This document shows, one piece after another, positions 18,924 through 29,776 of a DNA stretch of 64,000 nt. The translations under genes and the position numbers were made by a program. The notes beneath the pieces are model-generated. The model was not told the DNA's origin and made no database searches. It saw only the letters and a program-made list of their open reading frames with translations. This DNA comes from an uncultured Phycisphaerales bacterium. Its GTDB lineage: Bacteria; Planctomycetota; Phycisphaerae; Tepidisphaerales; Tepidisphaeraceae. The stretch lies in NCBI GenBank assembly GCA_963758525.1, contig CAVWVQ010000003.1, positions 4,032,001 to 4,096,000 on the forward strand, read 5' to 3'. Each line of letters begins with the position of its first letter. Within the stretch, counting starts at the first letter, position 1.

Positions 18924-21263
18924 CTACACGATTGAGATCTCGAGATCATTGAGCGTCAACTTCCTCGCGGCGATTAGTTTGGCCAGGGCAGTGGCGTCGG
19001 TGACGCGGGTGAACGAGAATGTCTGATTCTTGCTCAAATCCGTCAGGAACAGGTTCTGGATCGTATGGCCGGCGACGCCGAAGGCGGTTCCGCTGTTCTT
19101 GGTCTTGGTGGTGCCAAGCTGGAGTTTGCCGAGTGTCCACGCGGCGATGTTCGAGGCGGAATACCCCAGAACGTCCTTGCGGCCGGTCGACTTGACCGAA
19201 CCGATGCTGGCGTGTCCGGAAAAATCGCTCTCGACGCCCGGCAGCGCCGCGTTGGTCTCCAGCGAGCCGACGCCTGCGAAGATGTCGCTGGCGGAGATCC
19301 CGCGGGCAGTAATCGCCCCGATGTTTCCGGTGGAAATGATGTCGGCGTCGACGATCTCTCCCCTGACACGAAGCCTTGTGAGGTCGTCGCGCTTCGGCGT
19401 CAAAGCGCCCGTCAGGCGCAGCACGCCGCCGAGGCTGCCATCGATGCGGAGATTGCCGATGGAGGGGACTGACAGCGCGCCGTCCATGTCGCCGCGGAGG
19501 TGAAGGGACGGGATGGCGGCGGCGAACGTTCCGGAGAAGGTGGAGTCGATGCTCACGACGTTGAGCGTCGGCAGCTTGCCGTTGACGGTCCAGTCGCCGC
19601 CGATGGATCCGCGTACTTTGATTGCGCCCAGCGCGTGTGACGCGGCCGAGAGATTCAATCCGACGGAGAAGTTTCCCTTGGCAAAAACGCTCCTGATCGA
19701 CGGCGCGGTGATGACGACGGTCGGATCCTGATTGATCCAGTTCTCCACCTTGAGCGCATCGATCGGCGCGGCCGACGTGAACGATTCCTCGGCAAGCGTG
19801 GTGCCCTGGAACGACGTGCGGCCGCCGGATCCAACGGCGATGGTGCCGTCCTCCGCGGAGTCGACCTCGAGCGTGTGCACTGCGCCGCTTGCGGAGAGGT
19901 CGCCGACGAGCAAGGCATGATGCAGGCGGACCTGTGCGGCGCTGCCGGTGATCGTGACGTCGCCGATGGCGACGGATTGTTTGGCGGAAGCGGGGCCGTT
20001 GATGATGATTGATGAGCGGGCGGTCGTATCCGTGGCGGTGACGCCGTCCAGTTCCACATCCTGACCGCGCACCGCGCCTCCGCGGTAGACCAGTCCGGAG
20101 CCGGAGAACGTGGCGACGGTGCTGCCCGGGCCGCCGACAGAGAGCGTGCCGGAATTACCATTAAAATCCTGATAGGAGACCGCGTGAGGATGTCCCGCGC
20201 CGAGCTGGATATCCAGCGTCTGGGAGCCGACGACGTGAACGCGCAAGACCTGAGTGACGGAGGTTCCGCTGGGCCCGGTCGCGGTGACGGTGATGTGCGC
20301 AAAGCCGGTCCGGCCGGGAACGGCGCTGAGCGAAAGTTGCTCGCCGGTGATGCTGGTGGTGACCAGGCGGGTGTTGTCGCTGACCGCGGTGATTTGCAAT
20401 TGCGGAGCCGCCACGGTTTGCACTGAACTGACGTCGACCAGATTGCTGGGAGCGGTGCCGCCGCCGGCTGTCAGAAGGGGCAGATCCGTAAAGGAATTGG
20501 CGCCGATAGTCGCCGAGACTGTCGGAAGCGCGTTAATCGACTGGACGATATTCAAACCCTGAACGACATCGCCGAAAACCGTGAAGCCGCCATTTTGATT
20601 ATCGAGTGCCTGGGAATTGTCGGCGACGTTGAAGAAGTACTGGCTGGTGGCGCTGTTGGGATCGCCGGCGACCTTGGCCATGGCGATGGTGCCCAGGACG
20701 TTGGAGAAGACAGGCTCATTCTGCACCGGCGCGAAAGTCTGAATGGCGGCTCCGGTCGGGGTGAACCCGCCGCCCTGCACGACGAAGTCCGGGACCGATC
20801 GATGGATGATCGTGTTGTTGTAGAGGCCCTGATTGACATATTGCAGAAAGTTGGCAACCGTCAACGGCGTGTCTTTATTGAAGAGCTGAACTTCGACCGA
20901 GCCCAGCGAGGTGTCAAACTGCACGAACGTGCCCGTGGTTTGCGGGTCGGTGAAGTTTTGCGAAAGATCGACTGTTGTGGAGGTATTGGTTGTGGTCAGG
21001 GTGACGGGAGCGATCTGCTGCGTGACCGAGACGGACAGAAGCGTGCGCGATTCGAGGCACTCAACAGCAGCGGCCAGTCGCTCGCGCCGCGTCTTCTGCA
21101 AATCGCTGCAGATACTTTCGGCTGGAGCTTGAGACGTGTGATTGGCCGAGAGACGACGGAACGGGGGGATACGAAGCGCTGAAAATCGCACGCGTTGGCT
21201 CCTCAATCTGGTTAATCTGCTTGAGGACACGAAGTTACAAGCCCACGGCAGACTTGTCCACAA
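18924..21263 (-). CDS. Cyclophilin-type peptidyl-prolyl isomerase fused to a long beta-rich extracellular region; planctomycete LESRTLLS motif
   Basis: TPLTVANFLQYV, IHRSVPDFVVQGGGF, GTIAMAK, SATSQYFFN and LDNQNGGFTVFG, with N-terminal VECLESRTLLS. Start uncertain, probably downstream of 21263. Confidence 0.88.
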   Translation of the reverse strand: MWTSLPWACNFVSSSRLTRLRSQRVRFSALRIPPFRRLSANHTSQAPAESICSDLQKTRRERLAAAVECLESRTLLSVSVTQQIAPVTLTTTNTSTTVDLSQNFTDPQTTGTFVQFDTSLGSVEVQLFNKDTPLTVANFLQYVNQGLYNNTIIHRSVPDFVVQGGGFTPTGAAIQTFAPVQNEPVFSNVLGTIAMAKVAGDPNSATSQYFFNVADNSQALDNQNGGFTVFGDVVQGLNIVQSINALPTVSATIGANSFTDLPLLTAGGGTAPSNLVDVSSVQTVAAPQLQITAVSDNTRLVTTSITGEQLSLSAVPGRTGFAHITVTATGPSGTSVTQVLRVHVVGSQTLDIQLGAGHPHAVSYQDFNGNSGTLSVGGPGSTVATFSGSGLVYRGGAVRGQDVELDGVTATDTTARSSIIINGPASAKQSVAIGDVTITGSAAQVRLHHALLVGDLSASGAVHTLEVDSAEDGTIAVGSGGRTSFQGTTLAEESFTSAAPIDALKVENWINQDPTVVITAPSIRSVFAKGNFSVGLNLSAASHALGAIKVRGSIGGDWTVNGKLPTLNVVSIDSTFSGTFAAAIPSLHLRGDMDGALSVPSIGNLRIDGSLGGVLRLTGALTPKRDDLTRLRVRGEIVDADIISTGNIGAITARGISASDIFAGVGSLETNAALPGVESDFSGHASIGSVKSTGRKDVLGYSASNIAAWTLGKLQLGTTKTKNSGTAFGVAGHTIQNLFLTDLSKNQTFSFTRVTDATALAKLIAARKLTLNDLEISIV

Positions 21264-21384
21264 GCAGGATGCGCGCCCAACACGTCAATCGGCAGATAAC
21301 CGCGCGCTTCCCTACATTGGCGAGGGACCGAGCACGATTGAACCGGCTCAATCAATTTTTGAAGCCCTCCGAGGACGGTTCTCC

Positions 21385-21438
21385 GTAGCACAGCCGTCTC
21401 GGCTGTGATTTGGGGCGACAGCCGAGACGGCTGTGCTC
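21385..21438. repeat. GTAG-type REP doublet (second family)
   Basis: gtagcacagccgtctcggctgtg followed by the inverted acagccgagacggctgtgct. Confidence 0.8.
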
Positions 21439-21483
21439 GTAATTGCAATCGATTCCACGCGCTCGTACGCGTTACTTTAGAGT

Positions 21484-21906
21484 TCAGTCGAATAACGGCG
21501 CCGGTCGCCGCGCCGGGGTCTTCTCGCGAGGACCCTGTATCGGACGGACGAAACTCGCGCTGACCACGCAAAGGTCGCTCGCGAGCGGCTGCCAATAGGT
21601 GATGGCACAGAGCATCGCGGGGGCGTTTGAGGATTTTGGCAACTGAAGGATGAATTGCTCACCGTCCAGCCAGTAGTTGCCGTCAACAAACACCACGCCG
21701 CTGGCGGTCACGCTGCGAAGCGAGACGCTCCACGCCCGCTGGCGCGAGCCATTGGAGCACGGGCGAACCCTTCCACGGGCGGCGAGAACCGCGCGTGGCG
21801 GCCGACTGACCGGGCACGGCTCGCGCCCGATTCGGAAGGCGGGATTAAATTGCTCGAATTGCAGGCTCTTGACGGCCTGCTTCAGCACATCCTCCGACAA
21901 ACGCAT
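21484..21906 (-). CDS. Hypothetical protein, PilZ-like fold possible
   Basis: MRLSEDVLKQAV... followed by R.PPR, LRSVTASGV, GEQFILQLP and VSASF, a degenerate PilZ-like beta-barrel pattern. Confidence 0.55.
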   Translation of the reverse strand: MRLSEDVLKQAVKSLQFEQFNPAFRIGREPCPVSRPPRAVLAARGRVRPCSNGSRQRAWSVSLRSVTASGVVFVDGNYWLDGEQFILQLPKSSNAPAMLCAITYWQPLASDLCVVSASFVRPIQGPREKTPARRPAPLFD

Positions 21907-22138
21907 ACAAAACCTCCACAACCGTTTCTGATCCGCGCACGCGCCAGCCCGCATTGCGCGGTGCACCCAGGACGAATGTCGCCTGCTCGATCCGCCAAAC
22001 CCAAGGCGGTAACCCAGGAATCCGCAGCCCAAATCTCCGCGCCGTCAAGTGCCGCAGCAGGAATGCGCGGCACTCACCGGTATCGGATATTACGCATCAG
22101 CGAATCGGACGGTTCGATTGCATCGATCGTCCCGAGCG

Positions 22139-23485
22139 TTATTTGCTGAGCATCGTTCGCTCGATGAACCCCGTGTCGACGTCGCCGCTCTGGAAGTTCT
22201 GATTGTCCATGATCTGCAGCAGCAACGGAATCGTGGTTTTTATCGGCGAAACATGAAATTCCGTCAACGCCCGCCGCATGGTGGCAATCGCCTCGACACG
22301 AGTCGGGCGATGCACGATCAGTTTGCCGATCATGCTGTCATAATTCGGCGGGATGCGATATCCGGCATAAACGTGAGAATCGATTCGCACGCCGGGCCCG
22401 CCCGGAAGCCGCAGTTCCTGGATGACGCCCGGACAGGGTGCGAAATTCCGCTCCGGGTCTTCGGCGTTGATGCGGCACTCGATGGCATGTCCCGCCCGCG
22501 GAACCTGATCCTGCGAAAAGCCGAGCTTTTCGCCGGCGGCAATCCGAATCTGCTGCTTGATCAGATCGAATCCGGTAACGGCCTCGGTCACGGGATGCTC
22601 CACCTGGATGCGGGCATTCACTTCAAGCAGATAAAAGTTCTGCTCGCCGTCAACGAGAAATTCCACGGTTCCCGCGTTGGTGTATCCCGCTTTCTGAATC
22701 AAGCGCACGGCCGCGGCGCACAAGGCATCGCGGACTTTGGGGCGAAGCCTGGGGCTGGGGGATTCCTCCACGAGCTTCTGATGCCGTCGTTGCAGCGAGC
22801 AATCCCGCTCCCAGAGATGAACGGCATTGCCATGTTGGTCGGCAAGGATCTGCACTTCGACATGCCGGCCGAACTCGACGTATTTCTCGATATAGACCGT
22901 GGAATCCTTGAATGCGTTCTCCGCCTCGGATTGCGCCTGGCGGAGCCCGGCCTGGAGGGAAACGTCGTTGTGGGCGATGCGCATCCCGCGCCCGCCGCCG
23001 CCTGCGGCAGCTTTAATGATCACGGGGTATCCGATTTCGCGCGCCACTTTGAGTGCAGTCTTGTCATCGCCGACAGCGCCTTCGCTCCCCGGCACCGTCG
23101 GCACCTTCGCTTTCCTGGCGAGCCGCTTGGCTTCCACCTTGTCTCCAAGCGCGGCCATCGCGGCTACGGGCGGGCCGATGAATTCGATCTTGCAGCTTCG
23201 GCAGACGTCCGCGAAGTGGTCGTTCTCCGCCAGAAATCCATATCCGGGATGAATTGCCTGTACATCGGCGATTTCCGCCGCCGCGATGATTCGATCGATC
23301 TTAAGATAGCTCTCTGAAGGAGGCGCCTCGCCGATGCAGATCGCCTGGTCGGCAAATTGAAGATACGCCGCATCTCGATCGGCGACGGAGTAGACCACCG
23401 CCGTCTGAATGCCCATTTCACGGCACGCACGGATGATGCGCAGCGCAATCTCGCCGCGATTGGCTATGAGAATCTTGGAAAACAT
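22139..23485 (-). CDS. accC: Acetyl-CoA carboxylase biotin carboxylase
   Basis: [44 protein letters not shown] and [14 protein letters not shown]. Confidence 0.97.
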   Translation of the reverse strand: MFSKILIANRGEIALRIIRACREMGIQTAVVYSVADRDAAYLQFADQAICIGEAPPSESYLKIDRIIAAAEIADVQAIHPGYGFLAENDHFADVCRSCKIEFIGPPVAAMAALGDKVEAKRLARKAKVPTVPGSEGAVGDDKTALKVAREIGYPVIIKAAAGGGGRGMRIAHNDVSLQAGLRQAQSEAENAFKDSTVYIEKYVEFGRHVEVQILADQHGNAVHLWERDCSLQRRHQKLVEESPSPRLRPKVRDALCAAAVRLIQKAGYTNAGTVEFLVDGEQNFYLLEVNARIQVEHPVTEAVTGFDLIKQQIRIAAGEKLGFSQDQVPRAGHAIECRINAEDPERNFAPCPGVIQELRLPGGPGVRIDSHVYAGYRIPPNYDSMIGKLIVHRPTRVEAIATMRRALTEFHVSPIKTTIPLLLQIMDNQNFQSGDVDTGFIERTMLSK

Positions 23486-24012
23486 TACTTGGGTTTGACC
23501 AGGAAAAGCACCGTGCCGTACTCGACCGGCTGACCGTCCTCGACGCAGACCTTGTGGATGGTGCCGCGAACACCGGCCTGATGGGGGTTGAACATCTTCA
23601 TCGCCTCGATGATGCACACGTCGGTCTGCTCATCGACTTCGCTGCCCACTTTCACGAAGGGCGCCTCCCCTTGCTTGGGAGCCTTGTAAAAAGTGCCGGG
23701 CATCGGGCTGGTGATCTTCAGCAATCCGGCATCGTCCGCGGGCGCCGCGCTGGGGGCGGCCGATGAAGACGGGCTCGGCGGCGCTGCCGCCGGAGGCGGA
23801 GCGATCGGCGCCGCGCTCGTCGACTGCGAAATTCCCACCGCGCCGCGCTTGAGCGTGACGCGCTGATTGCCTTCGCGGAGTTCGATCGTGTTCAGATCGT
23901 TGGCGGCCATGAGCTTCACCAGTTTTTCCAGCAGCGAGACATCCATCGGGCTGCCGGAGATCGCGGCGCGCGCCGCCGGTGACGGGCTCTTTTTCGGACG
24001 TTTTTCACTCAA
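23485..24012 (-). CDS. accB: Biotin carboxyl carrier protein
   Basis: SPMPGTFY and EAMKM biotinylation motif. Its stop overlaps the accC start. Start uncertain. Confidence 0.95.
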   Translation of the reverse strand: MSEKRPKKSPSPAARAAISGSPMDVSLLEKLVKLMAANDLNTIELREGNQRVTLKRGAVGISQSTSAAPIAPPPAAAPPSPSSSAAPSAAPADDAGLLKITSPMPGTFYKAPKQGEAPFVKVGSEVDEQTDVCIIEAMKMFNPHQAGVRGTIHKVCVEDGQPVEYGTVLFLVKPK

Positions 24013-25141
24013 GATGGCACCCTTCAAAGCTCCGGTCGAGTGTCGAGAGCACTTCGTGTCCGGAGTGTGTAATCAAAACATCATCCTCAATGCGAACGCC
24101 TCCCTCGCCGGGCAGATAAATTCCCGGCTCGACCGTGACAATCATGCCCGGCCGAAGCTCATCCTCTCCGCCGTTCTTCCGCATGGTCGGTAGTTCGTGA
24201 ATCTCGCGGCCAATACCGTGCCCCAGTCCGTGACCGAACTGTTTGCCGAATCCCGCTTTTTCGATGACGCCGCGCCCGACGCGGTCAGCCTGCAACGTGG
24301 TCACGCCGGGCCGAAGGAAGGCGATCGCCGCCTGCTGCGCCTCCAGCACGACGCTGTAGATCGTTTTCATCCGCGCGCTCACCCGGCCGATCATCAGTGT
24401 CCGGGTGAGATCGCTGCAGTATCCCTTGTAGATGGCGCCCCAGTCGAACAGCAGCGGGGCATCACGCTGAACCAGGACCTCGCCCGGCCGATAGTGCGGC
24501 AGCGAACTGTTTGCTCCCGTGGCGACAATCGCCGGGAAACTGCTGTCAGACGCCCCGCGGGACCGCAGCTCAAAAACCAGCAGCCCGGCCAGATAATTTT
24601 CCGAAAGGCCGACCTTGATCGCGCTGCGGATCGCCTCGAATGCCTCCTCGGCCACGCCCACCGATTTGCGAATCAGATCGATTTCGTGATCGTCCTTCAC
24701 CTTGCGGACGTTGGTCATCACGTCCTCGAGCGGGACCAGTTCGACCGGCTTGGCGTCTTTGATTGCGTGAACGGCGCGATCGAGCGCATGCACCTGTCCG
24801 AATGCCGTGAAGTTCGCCTCGAAGCCGACGCGCGTCACCGTCGCTTCCACCAGCGCCTTGGCCAGTGCGTCCGACATTTTCCCCTCGCGCATCCTGACCT
24901 TCAGCCAGCCGGCTTCCTGCTCGGCCTGCTCCTGATATCGGAAGTCGGTGACGAGGATGAATTCCTTCTCAGTGAGCAGTCCGACCGAATCGTCGCCGGT
25001 AAAGTTCGTCAGATACGCCAGGTCCGGCGCGTGCGTGAGAAGCAGTCCGTCCAGCTTGAGCGCCTTCATGGCGTCGCGGACGCGCTTCTGCCGCACCTTC
25101 AAATATGCTTTGGCCCGACTGACTACCGTGGTCGCTACCAT
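24005..25141 (-). CDS. Xaa-Pro aminopeptidase (M24B)
   Basis: TDFRY, YCSDLTRT, FGHGLGHGIG..IHE, TVEPGIY and GGVRIEDD. Confidence 0.95.
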   Translation of the reverse strand: MVATTVVSRAKAYLKVRQKRVRDAMKALKLDGLLLTHAPDLAYLTNFTGDDSVGLLTEKEFILVTDFRYQEQAEQEAGWLKVRMREGKMSDALAKALVEATVTRVGFEANFTAFGQVHALDRAVHAIKDAKPVELVPLEDVMTNVRKVKDDHEIDLIRKSVGVAEEAFEAIRSAIKVGLSENYLAGLLVFELRSRGASDSSFPAIVATGANSSLPHYRPGEVLVQRDAPLLFDWGAIYKGYCSDLTRTLMIGRVSARMKTIYSVVLEAQQAAIAFLRPGVTTLQADRVGRGVIEKAGFGKQFGHGLGHGIGREIHELPTMRKNGGEDELRPGMIVTVEPGIYLPGEGGVRIEDDVLITHSGHEVLSTLDRSFEGCHLE

Positions 25142-25292
25142 CCTGGAGACTCACCTTCCGTCCGCTCTGCGGGAAAAGAGTGCAAACGGTAATGGAATTC
25201 GCCGGGTCCTGTCAATTGACGGCGGTTTTGGATCGACGATGAGCGGCGATGGGGGGCCGATGCGGGCCGGTGGGGGCGTGCTCGTTTTTACT

Positions 25293-25320
25293 TCCCCCTC
25301 CCCTGGTACTCCGGGGGAGA
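25293..25320. repeat. Half copy of CCCTCTCCC-type hairpin
   Basis: tccccctcccctggtactccgggggaga. Confidence 0.6.
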
Positions 25321-25399
25321 ACTCCCGGAAGATCGGGCACTTCGGCATTGCGCAGGTTGTCTGTGTCCGAACAGGCGGTAAGCTACTAAATTGGATGAG

Positions 25400-25699
25400 A
25401 TGACTGCCGTAGCCGCAAGACTATTGGACGAATTCGAAAAGCTCGCCCCCGAAGAGCAATTGCTCGTTCGCGAACGCGTCATCTCCCTGACTGAAAGCGT
25501 GCAGCATAAAGCGATTCAATACCTGCGCGGCGCAAGCCAGGGAAAAGGGCTGCTGTTCAAACTTCTGATTGAGCGAGCAGGGGAGCGCGAGCGCGGCTGG
25601 GGACATCGTCCTCGATACTTCGCTCTGGCCGACAACGAGGCGGGCGCGGACCGACGGCAGGCATCAATCGTGAAGCAGATAATGCTCCCACCAAAGTAA
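25400..25699 (+). pseudogene. Degenerate VapBC-like pair: antitoxin-like ORF read through into an internally deleted PIN toxin
   Basis: MTAVAARLLDEFEKLAPEEQ...LLIERAGERERG, then DIVLDTS (alternative frame), DNEAGADR and IVKQIMLPPK*. These look like the PIN N-terminus and C-terminus with no core. Confidence 0.55.
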
Positions 25700-25737
25700 G
25701 GATCCGAACAGCAATCAAATCCTCTTGATGACGAGGA

Positions 25738-26604
25738 TTACGTTGCCTTATCCAGCTCCCGCATCTGCTCGTCGGTCAACCGCACATCCCCGGCGGCGCA
25801 GTTTTCCTCCAGGTGCTTCACGGTGGAGGTCCCGGGGATGGGGAGCATGACGGGCGATTTTTTCAGCAGCCAGGCGATGGCGATCTGGGCGGGCGTGGCG
25901 TTGTCGGCTTTGGCGGCGCGGTCGACGGGGCCGCCGGTCTGGGCGAGCTTGCCGCTGGCGATGGGGAACCAGGGGATGAAGCCGATCTTCTCGGTGGTGC
26001 ACCAGGTAAGCACCGGCTCCGAGCCGCGGTCGGTCAGGTTATAGCGGTTTTGCACCGTCGCGATTGGCACAATCTTGCGAGCGGCTTTGATGTCGTCGAC
26101 CGAGACCTCACTCAGCCCGACGTGACGGACTTTCCCTTGCTTCTGCAGGTCGCGGAGCAGGCCGAACTGTTCGTCGGCAGGCACTTTGGGATCGATGCGG
26201 TGGAGTTGGAAGAGGTCGATCGTGTCAACGCCAAGGCGGCGCAGGCTCATCTCGCACTCCTGCCGAAGGTATTCGGGCCGGCCCACCGGATGCCACTGGT
26301 CAGGGCCGGTCCGAACGAGGCCGGCTTTGGTGGCAATCAGCAGATCATCGGAATACGGATGCAGCGCTTCGCGGATCAATTCTTCAGCGACGTATGGGCC
26401 GTAGCTGTCGGCAGTGTCGATCAGATTCACGCCGAGCTCGACGGCGCGCTGCAGAACGCGAATCGCTTCGTCGTGATCCTTCGGCGCTCCCCAGACGCCT
26501 TTGCCCGTCAGCTGCATCGAGCCGTAGCCGAGCCGATGGACGGTCTTATCTCCCAGTTGAAAAGTGCCGCTGGATTCGATGGATGAGGCAGTTGCATTTG
26601 TCAT
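25738..26604 (-). CDS. Aldo/keto reductase (YdbC-like)
   Basis: RLGYGSMQLTG, IDTADSYGP, IATKAG, LFQLHRID, VQNRYNL and PIPGTS. Confidence 0.93.
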   Translation of the reverse strand: MTNATASSIESSGTFQLGDKTVHRLGYGSMQLTGKGVWGAPKDHDEAIRVLQRAVELGVNLIDTADSYGPYVAEELIREALHPYSDDLLIATKAGLVRTGPDQWHPVGRPEYLRQECEMSLRRLGVDTIDLFQLHRIDPKVPADEQFGLLRDLQKQGKVRHVGLSEVSVDDIKAARKIVPIATVQNRYNLTDRGSEPVLTWCTTEKIGFIPWFPIASGKLAQTGGPVDRAAKADNATPAQIAIAWLLKKSPVMLPIPGTSTVKHLEENCAAGDVRLTDEQMRELDKAT

Positions 26605-26754
26605 GTTGGACTCTCCTTCGGCGCATCGTAGGACCCGCGAGAACGGAGATTCAAGTGGCAGGCTCGACACCGTAACGATACAGCAGCCTGGCGTTCGGCG
26701 ATGCCAAACGGCCGTACGCGATCCCGTCGGGTCCGCAGTAACCGAGAAATGCAG

Positions 26755-26850
26755 AACACGAATCGACACGAATTCGCACGAATCTCCATGAAGCAGATTT
26801 CCTCGCGTTTATTCGTGAGATTCGTGTGTTGTTCGTGCAGATTCGTGTTC
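26755..26850. repeat. Inverted short-tandem-repeat cassette (CACGAAT / ATTCGTG)
   Basis: aacacgaatcgacacgaattcgcacgaat, then a ~27-nt core, then attcgtgagattcgtgtgttgttcgtgcagattcgtgtt. Confidence 0.85.
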
Positions 26851-27027
26851 CTCTTCATGGACTCGCGCGGAACCGCGGATTGACAGCGCGTGTTTGCGTA
26901 ATGTCCGTTTAGATACACGGCCGCCGTTTATACACCCCGCGTGCTTGCGAAAAATCCTTGGAAGACTGATGCTACTTGCCGTTGTCGGTTGACGCCTTTC
27001 GGGCCGGTGGCTCAAAGGAAGTGACCT

Positions 27028-27762
27028 ATGACCACGCAATGGGTTCTCGGTTGGTGGAACCTGATCTTCATCATGCCTTTCGGGCTGGGGCTCTTGTACC
27101 TCGGGCTCTACACGATCAGCGGCTGGACGTTCGGCGAGGCCGGCGCCGATGCTGGAATCGACCATGATGTCGACGTTCATCTGGACGCGGCTGGACACAT
27201 GTCGTTCGAGCATGACGTCGATGCCGGCGATGCTTCGGCGGAGACTCACCTCGATGGGCACGACGCGGAGGCGAACGGGCCAGGCGGATCATCCTCGCTG
27301 CTGGCGGCGCTCGGTTGGCTCGGCGTCGGCCGGGTTCCGCTGAGCCTGGTGTTGATGGTGCTCATGCTCTCCTGGGGCGCGATCGGTTTCTCGGCGAATC
27401 GACTGATGATGGGGCGCGCAATCGAAGAGTCTTTCCCGATCGCGCTGGTGATTGCCGTTTCCGGCAGCGTGATGATCACGCGCGTCGTCAGCGCGCTGGT
27501 CGGGCGATTTCTGCCGACAAATGAAACGTATGCGCGGCGGCGGCATGAGCTGCTCGGGTCGGTCGCGGAGGCGTTGTATCCGATCGATTCGACATTCGGC
27601 ATGGCATGCGGGCGCGATGCCGGCGGGCAGCCGTTTCAGGTTGCCTGCCGGACTGAAGAGGGGCGTCCGCCCGTCGCCAAAGGGGTTCACATCAAACTGG
27701 TTGGCTATACCGCGAAGGATCGGCTGTTCTACGTCGTTCCCGCGAACGGAGATAAATCATGA
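27028..27762 (+). CDS. YqiJ/NfeD-like membrane protein
   Basis: N-terminal TM, Asp/His-rich linker, LGWLGVGRVPLSLVL, further TMs and a C-terminal OB-like region. It overlaps the flotillin start. Confidence 0.8.
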   Translation: MTTQWVLGWWNLIFIMPFGLGLLYLGLYTISGWTFGEAGADAGIDHDVDVHLDAAGHMSFEHDVDAGDASAETHLDGHDAEANGPGGSSSLLAALGWLGVGRVPLSLVLMVLMLSWGAIGFSANRLMMGRAIEESFPIALVIAVSGSVMITRVVSALVGRFLPTNETYARRRHELLGSVAEALYPIDSTFGMACGRDAGGQPFQVACRTEEGRPPVAKGVHIKLVGYTAKDRLFYVVPANGDKS

Positions 27763-29684
27763 TGCTCGTACTCTTTTTTCTCGTCGGGGCGGTGCTGGCG
27801 ATCGGGCCGTGGTTCCTGCCGCAACTGGGGTCTTCGGCGCAGGTGGCCATGACCGGCGCGGGGCTGGTGGTGCTGATCATCGTCTCGATTGCCGCGGTGA
27901 TCACCAAGCTCTATCGCAAGGCGTCTGCCAACATGGCGTTTGTCCGCACCGGCATGGGCGGGGTGCGCGTGATTCAGGACGGCGGCACGATCGTGCTGCC
28001 GGTCGTCCATCAGATGGTCCCCGTTTCCATGGAGACGATGCGGCTCAACGTGGAACGCCGCGGCCCGCATGCGCTGATCACGAAGGACAACCTGCGCGTC
28101 GATCTTTCGGCCGAGTTTTACATCAAGGTTCACGCCAACTCCGATGACATCCTGCAGGCGGCCCGATCGCTGGGCGCCCGCAACGTGCAGCCCGACGCGG
28201 TGAGCGAACTGGTGCAGGAAAAACTCGTCAGCGCACTGCGCACCGTGGCGGCGACGAAGGAGCTTGTCGAACTGCATGCCAAGCGGGATGAATTTGCCAG
28301 CGCCGTGCAGCAGATCGTCACCCACGATCTGTCGAGCAACGGGCTGACGCTCGAATCCGTCACCATCTCCTCGCTCGATCAGACCGATCCGAGCCAATTG
28401 CAGGAGAAGAACGTATTCGACGCGCAAGGCCTGCGGAAGATCGCGGAAATCACGCAGAAGGCGCGCGTGGAACGGAACATCATCGAGCGCGAAGCCGAAC
28501 GGCAGGTGCAGGAGAAGAACGTTGCCACCACCAAAAAAGTACTGGAATTGCAGCGCGACCAGGCGGAGTTCGAAGCCGAGCAGAAGATGAAAGTTGCCAA
28601 CGTCCGCGCTGCTCGCGAGCGCGAGGTGGCGGAGTTCAAGCTGGCGCAGGACGAGTCGATGAGCCGGCGCAACATTGAGAAGATGAAGAATATCGAGACC
28701 AGCGAGGTGGAGCGCACGCTGGCGGTGGAGCAGGCGCAGGTGGCCAAGCAGATCGCATTGATCGCCAAGGTGCGGGAGCAGCAGACCGCCGAGATCATGA
28801 AGAAGCAGACGATCGAGGTGGCCGAGCGAAGCAAGGAGGTGGCGGTTGCGGAAAAAGAGCGCGAACGCGCGACGGCGCAGGCCGAGCAGCTGACGGCCGA
28901 GGCGCAGCGCGAGTCCGCGAAGCAGAAAGTCATCACCGTCCAGGTGAGCAGCGAGGCCGACCGCGAGGCGCAGAAAAAACTCATCGCAGCGCAGCAGGTG
29001 ATCAGCGAAAACAAGATTCGCGAGGAGACCACCGCCGACGTGCAGGCGTACATGGCTGTGAAAAAGGCGGAAGCCGAGCGGCAAGCCGCCGAGGCGATCT
29101 ATCAGGCGAAACTCCGGCTCGCCGAGGGCGACGCGCAGTCGAACGTGAAGCGGGCTGAGGGCGAGCGGGCGATGAAGATGGTGGACATCAACGTCGAGCG
29201 GGAGAAGGTGAACGTGGAGCAGGCCCGCGTTGAAGTCGAACGGCAAAGCCTGGCCAACAAGAGCGAGTTCGAGGAAGCCGCGCTGAAGTTCGAGTTGGAG
29301 AAGCTCCGGATCGACGCGGAAAAAGAGGTTCGCGTTCAGGCCGCGCAGGCGATGGGGAACATGTGGAACAAGGCCCAGGTTCAGCTCTTTGCCGATCCCG
29401 AAACGATGGCCCGGATGAGCAGCCAATTCATGCGTGCCGCCAGCCTGGGGAACGCTGCCGACGGGCTGCTTCGGACCTTGCCGCCGCAGAGCCAGGAGAT
29501 GCTTTCCGGCCTCGCGTCGGCGGTTGCCTCGCAGTTGTCCCCCAAGGCTGCTGCCGCGGTAGCGGAGCACGTAGCCGGGAACGGCGGGGGACACGTCGGG
29601 ATGCCGGTGGCGACGGATGTTCCGCTGACTGCGAAGGCGCCCGCAGAAACACCTTCGACGAGAAAAGAAGGGCGCGCGGGTTAG
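27759..29684 (+). CDS. SPFH/flotillin-like protein (YqiK-like)
   Basis: TM anchor, LYRKAS...AFVRTG.GG, LITKDNLRVD and NGL.LESVTI..LDQT, followed by a long EA/EQ coiled coil. Confidence 0.92.
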   Translation: MMLVLFFLVGAVLAIGPWFLPQLGSSAQVAMTGAGLVVLIIVSIAAVITKLYRKASANMAFVRTGMGGVRVIQDGGTIVLPVVHQMVPVSMETMRLNVERRGPHALITKDNLRVDLSAEFYIKVHANSDDILQAARSLGARNVQPDAVSELVQEKLVSALRTVAATKELVELHAKRDEFASAVQQIVTHDLSSNGLTLESVTISSLDQTDPSQLQEKNVFDAQGLRKIAEITQKARVERNIIEREAERQVQEKNVATTKKVLELQRDQAEFEAEQKMKVANVRAAREREVAEFKLAQDESMSRRNIEKMKNIETSEVERTLAVEQAQVAKQIALIAKVREQQTAEIMKKQTIEVAERSKEVAVAEKERERATAQAEQLTAEAQRESAKQKVITVQVSSEADREAQKKLIAAQQVISENKIREETTADVQAYMAVKKAEAERQAAEAIYQAKLRLAEGDAQSNVKRAEGERAMKMVDINVEREKVNVEQARVEVERQSLANKSEFEEAALKFELEKLRIDAEKEVRVQAAQAMGNMWNKAQVQLFADPETMARMSSQFMRAASLGNAADGLLRTLPPQSQEMLSGLASAVASQLSPKAAAAVAEHVAGNGGGHVGMPVATDVPLTAKAPAETPSTRKEGRAG

Positions 29685-29776
29685 AACGACCGGCTGGTGC
29701 GCGAACGCGGAATGCGAGCGGGCTGATAGATCCTGGTTTCCGTTTAGAGGCTGTTTCAGAATTTCGAGCGACCTTC

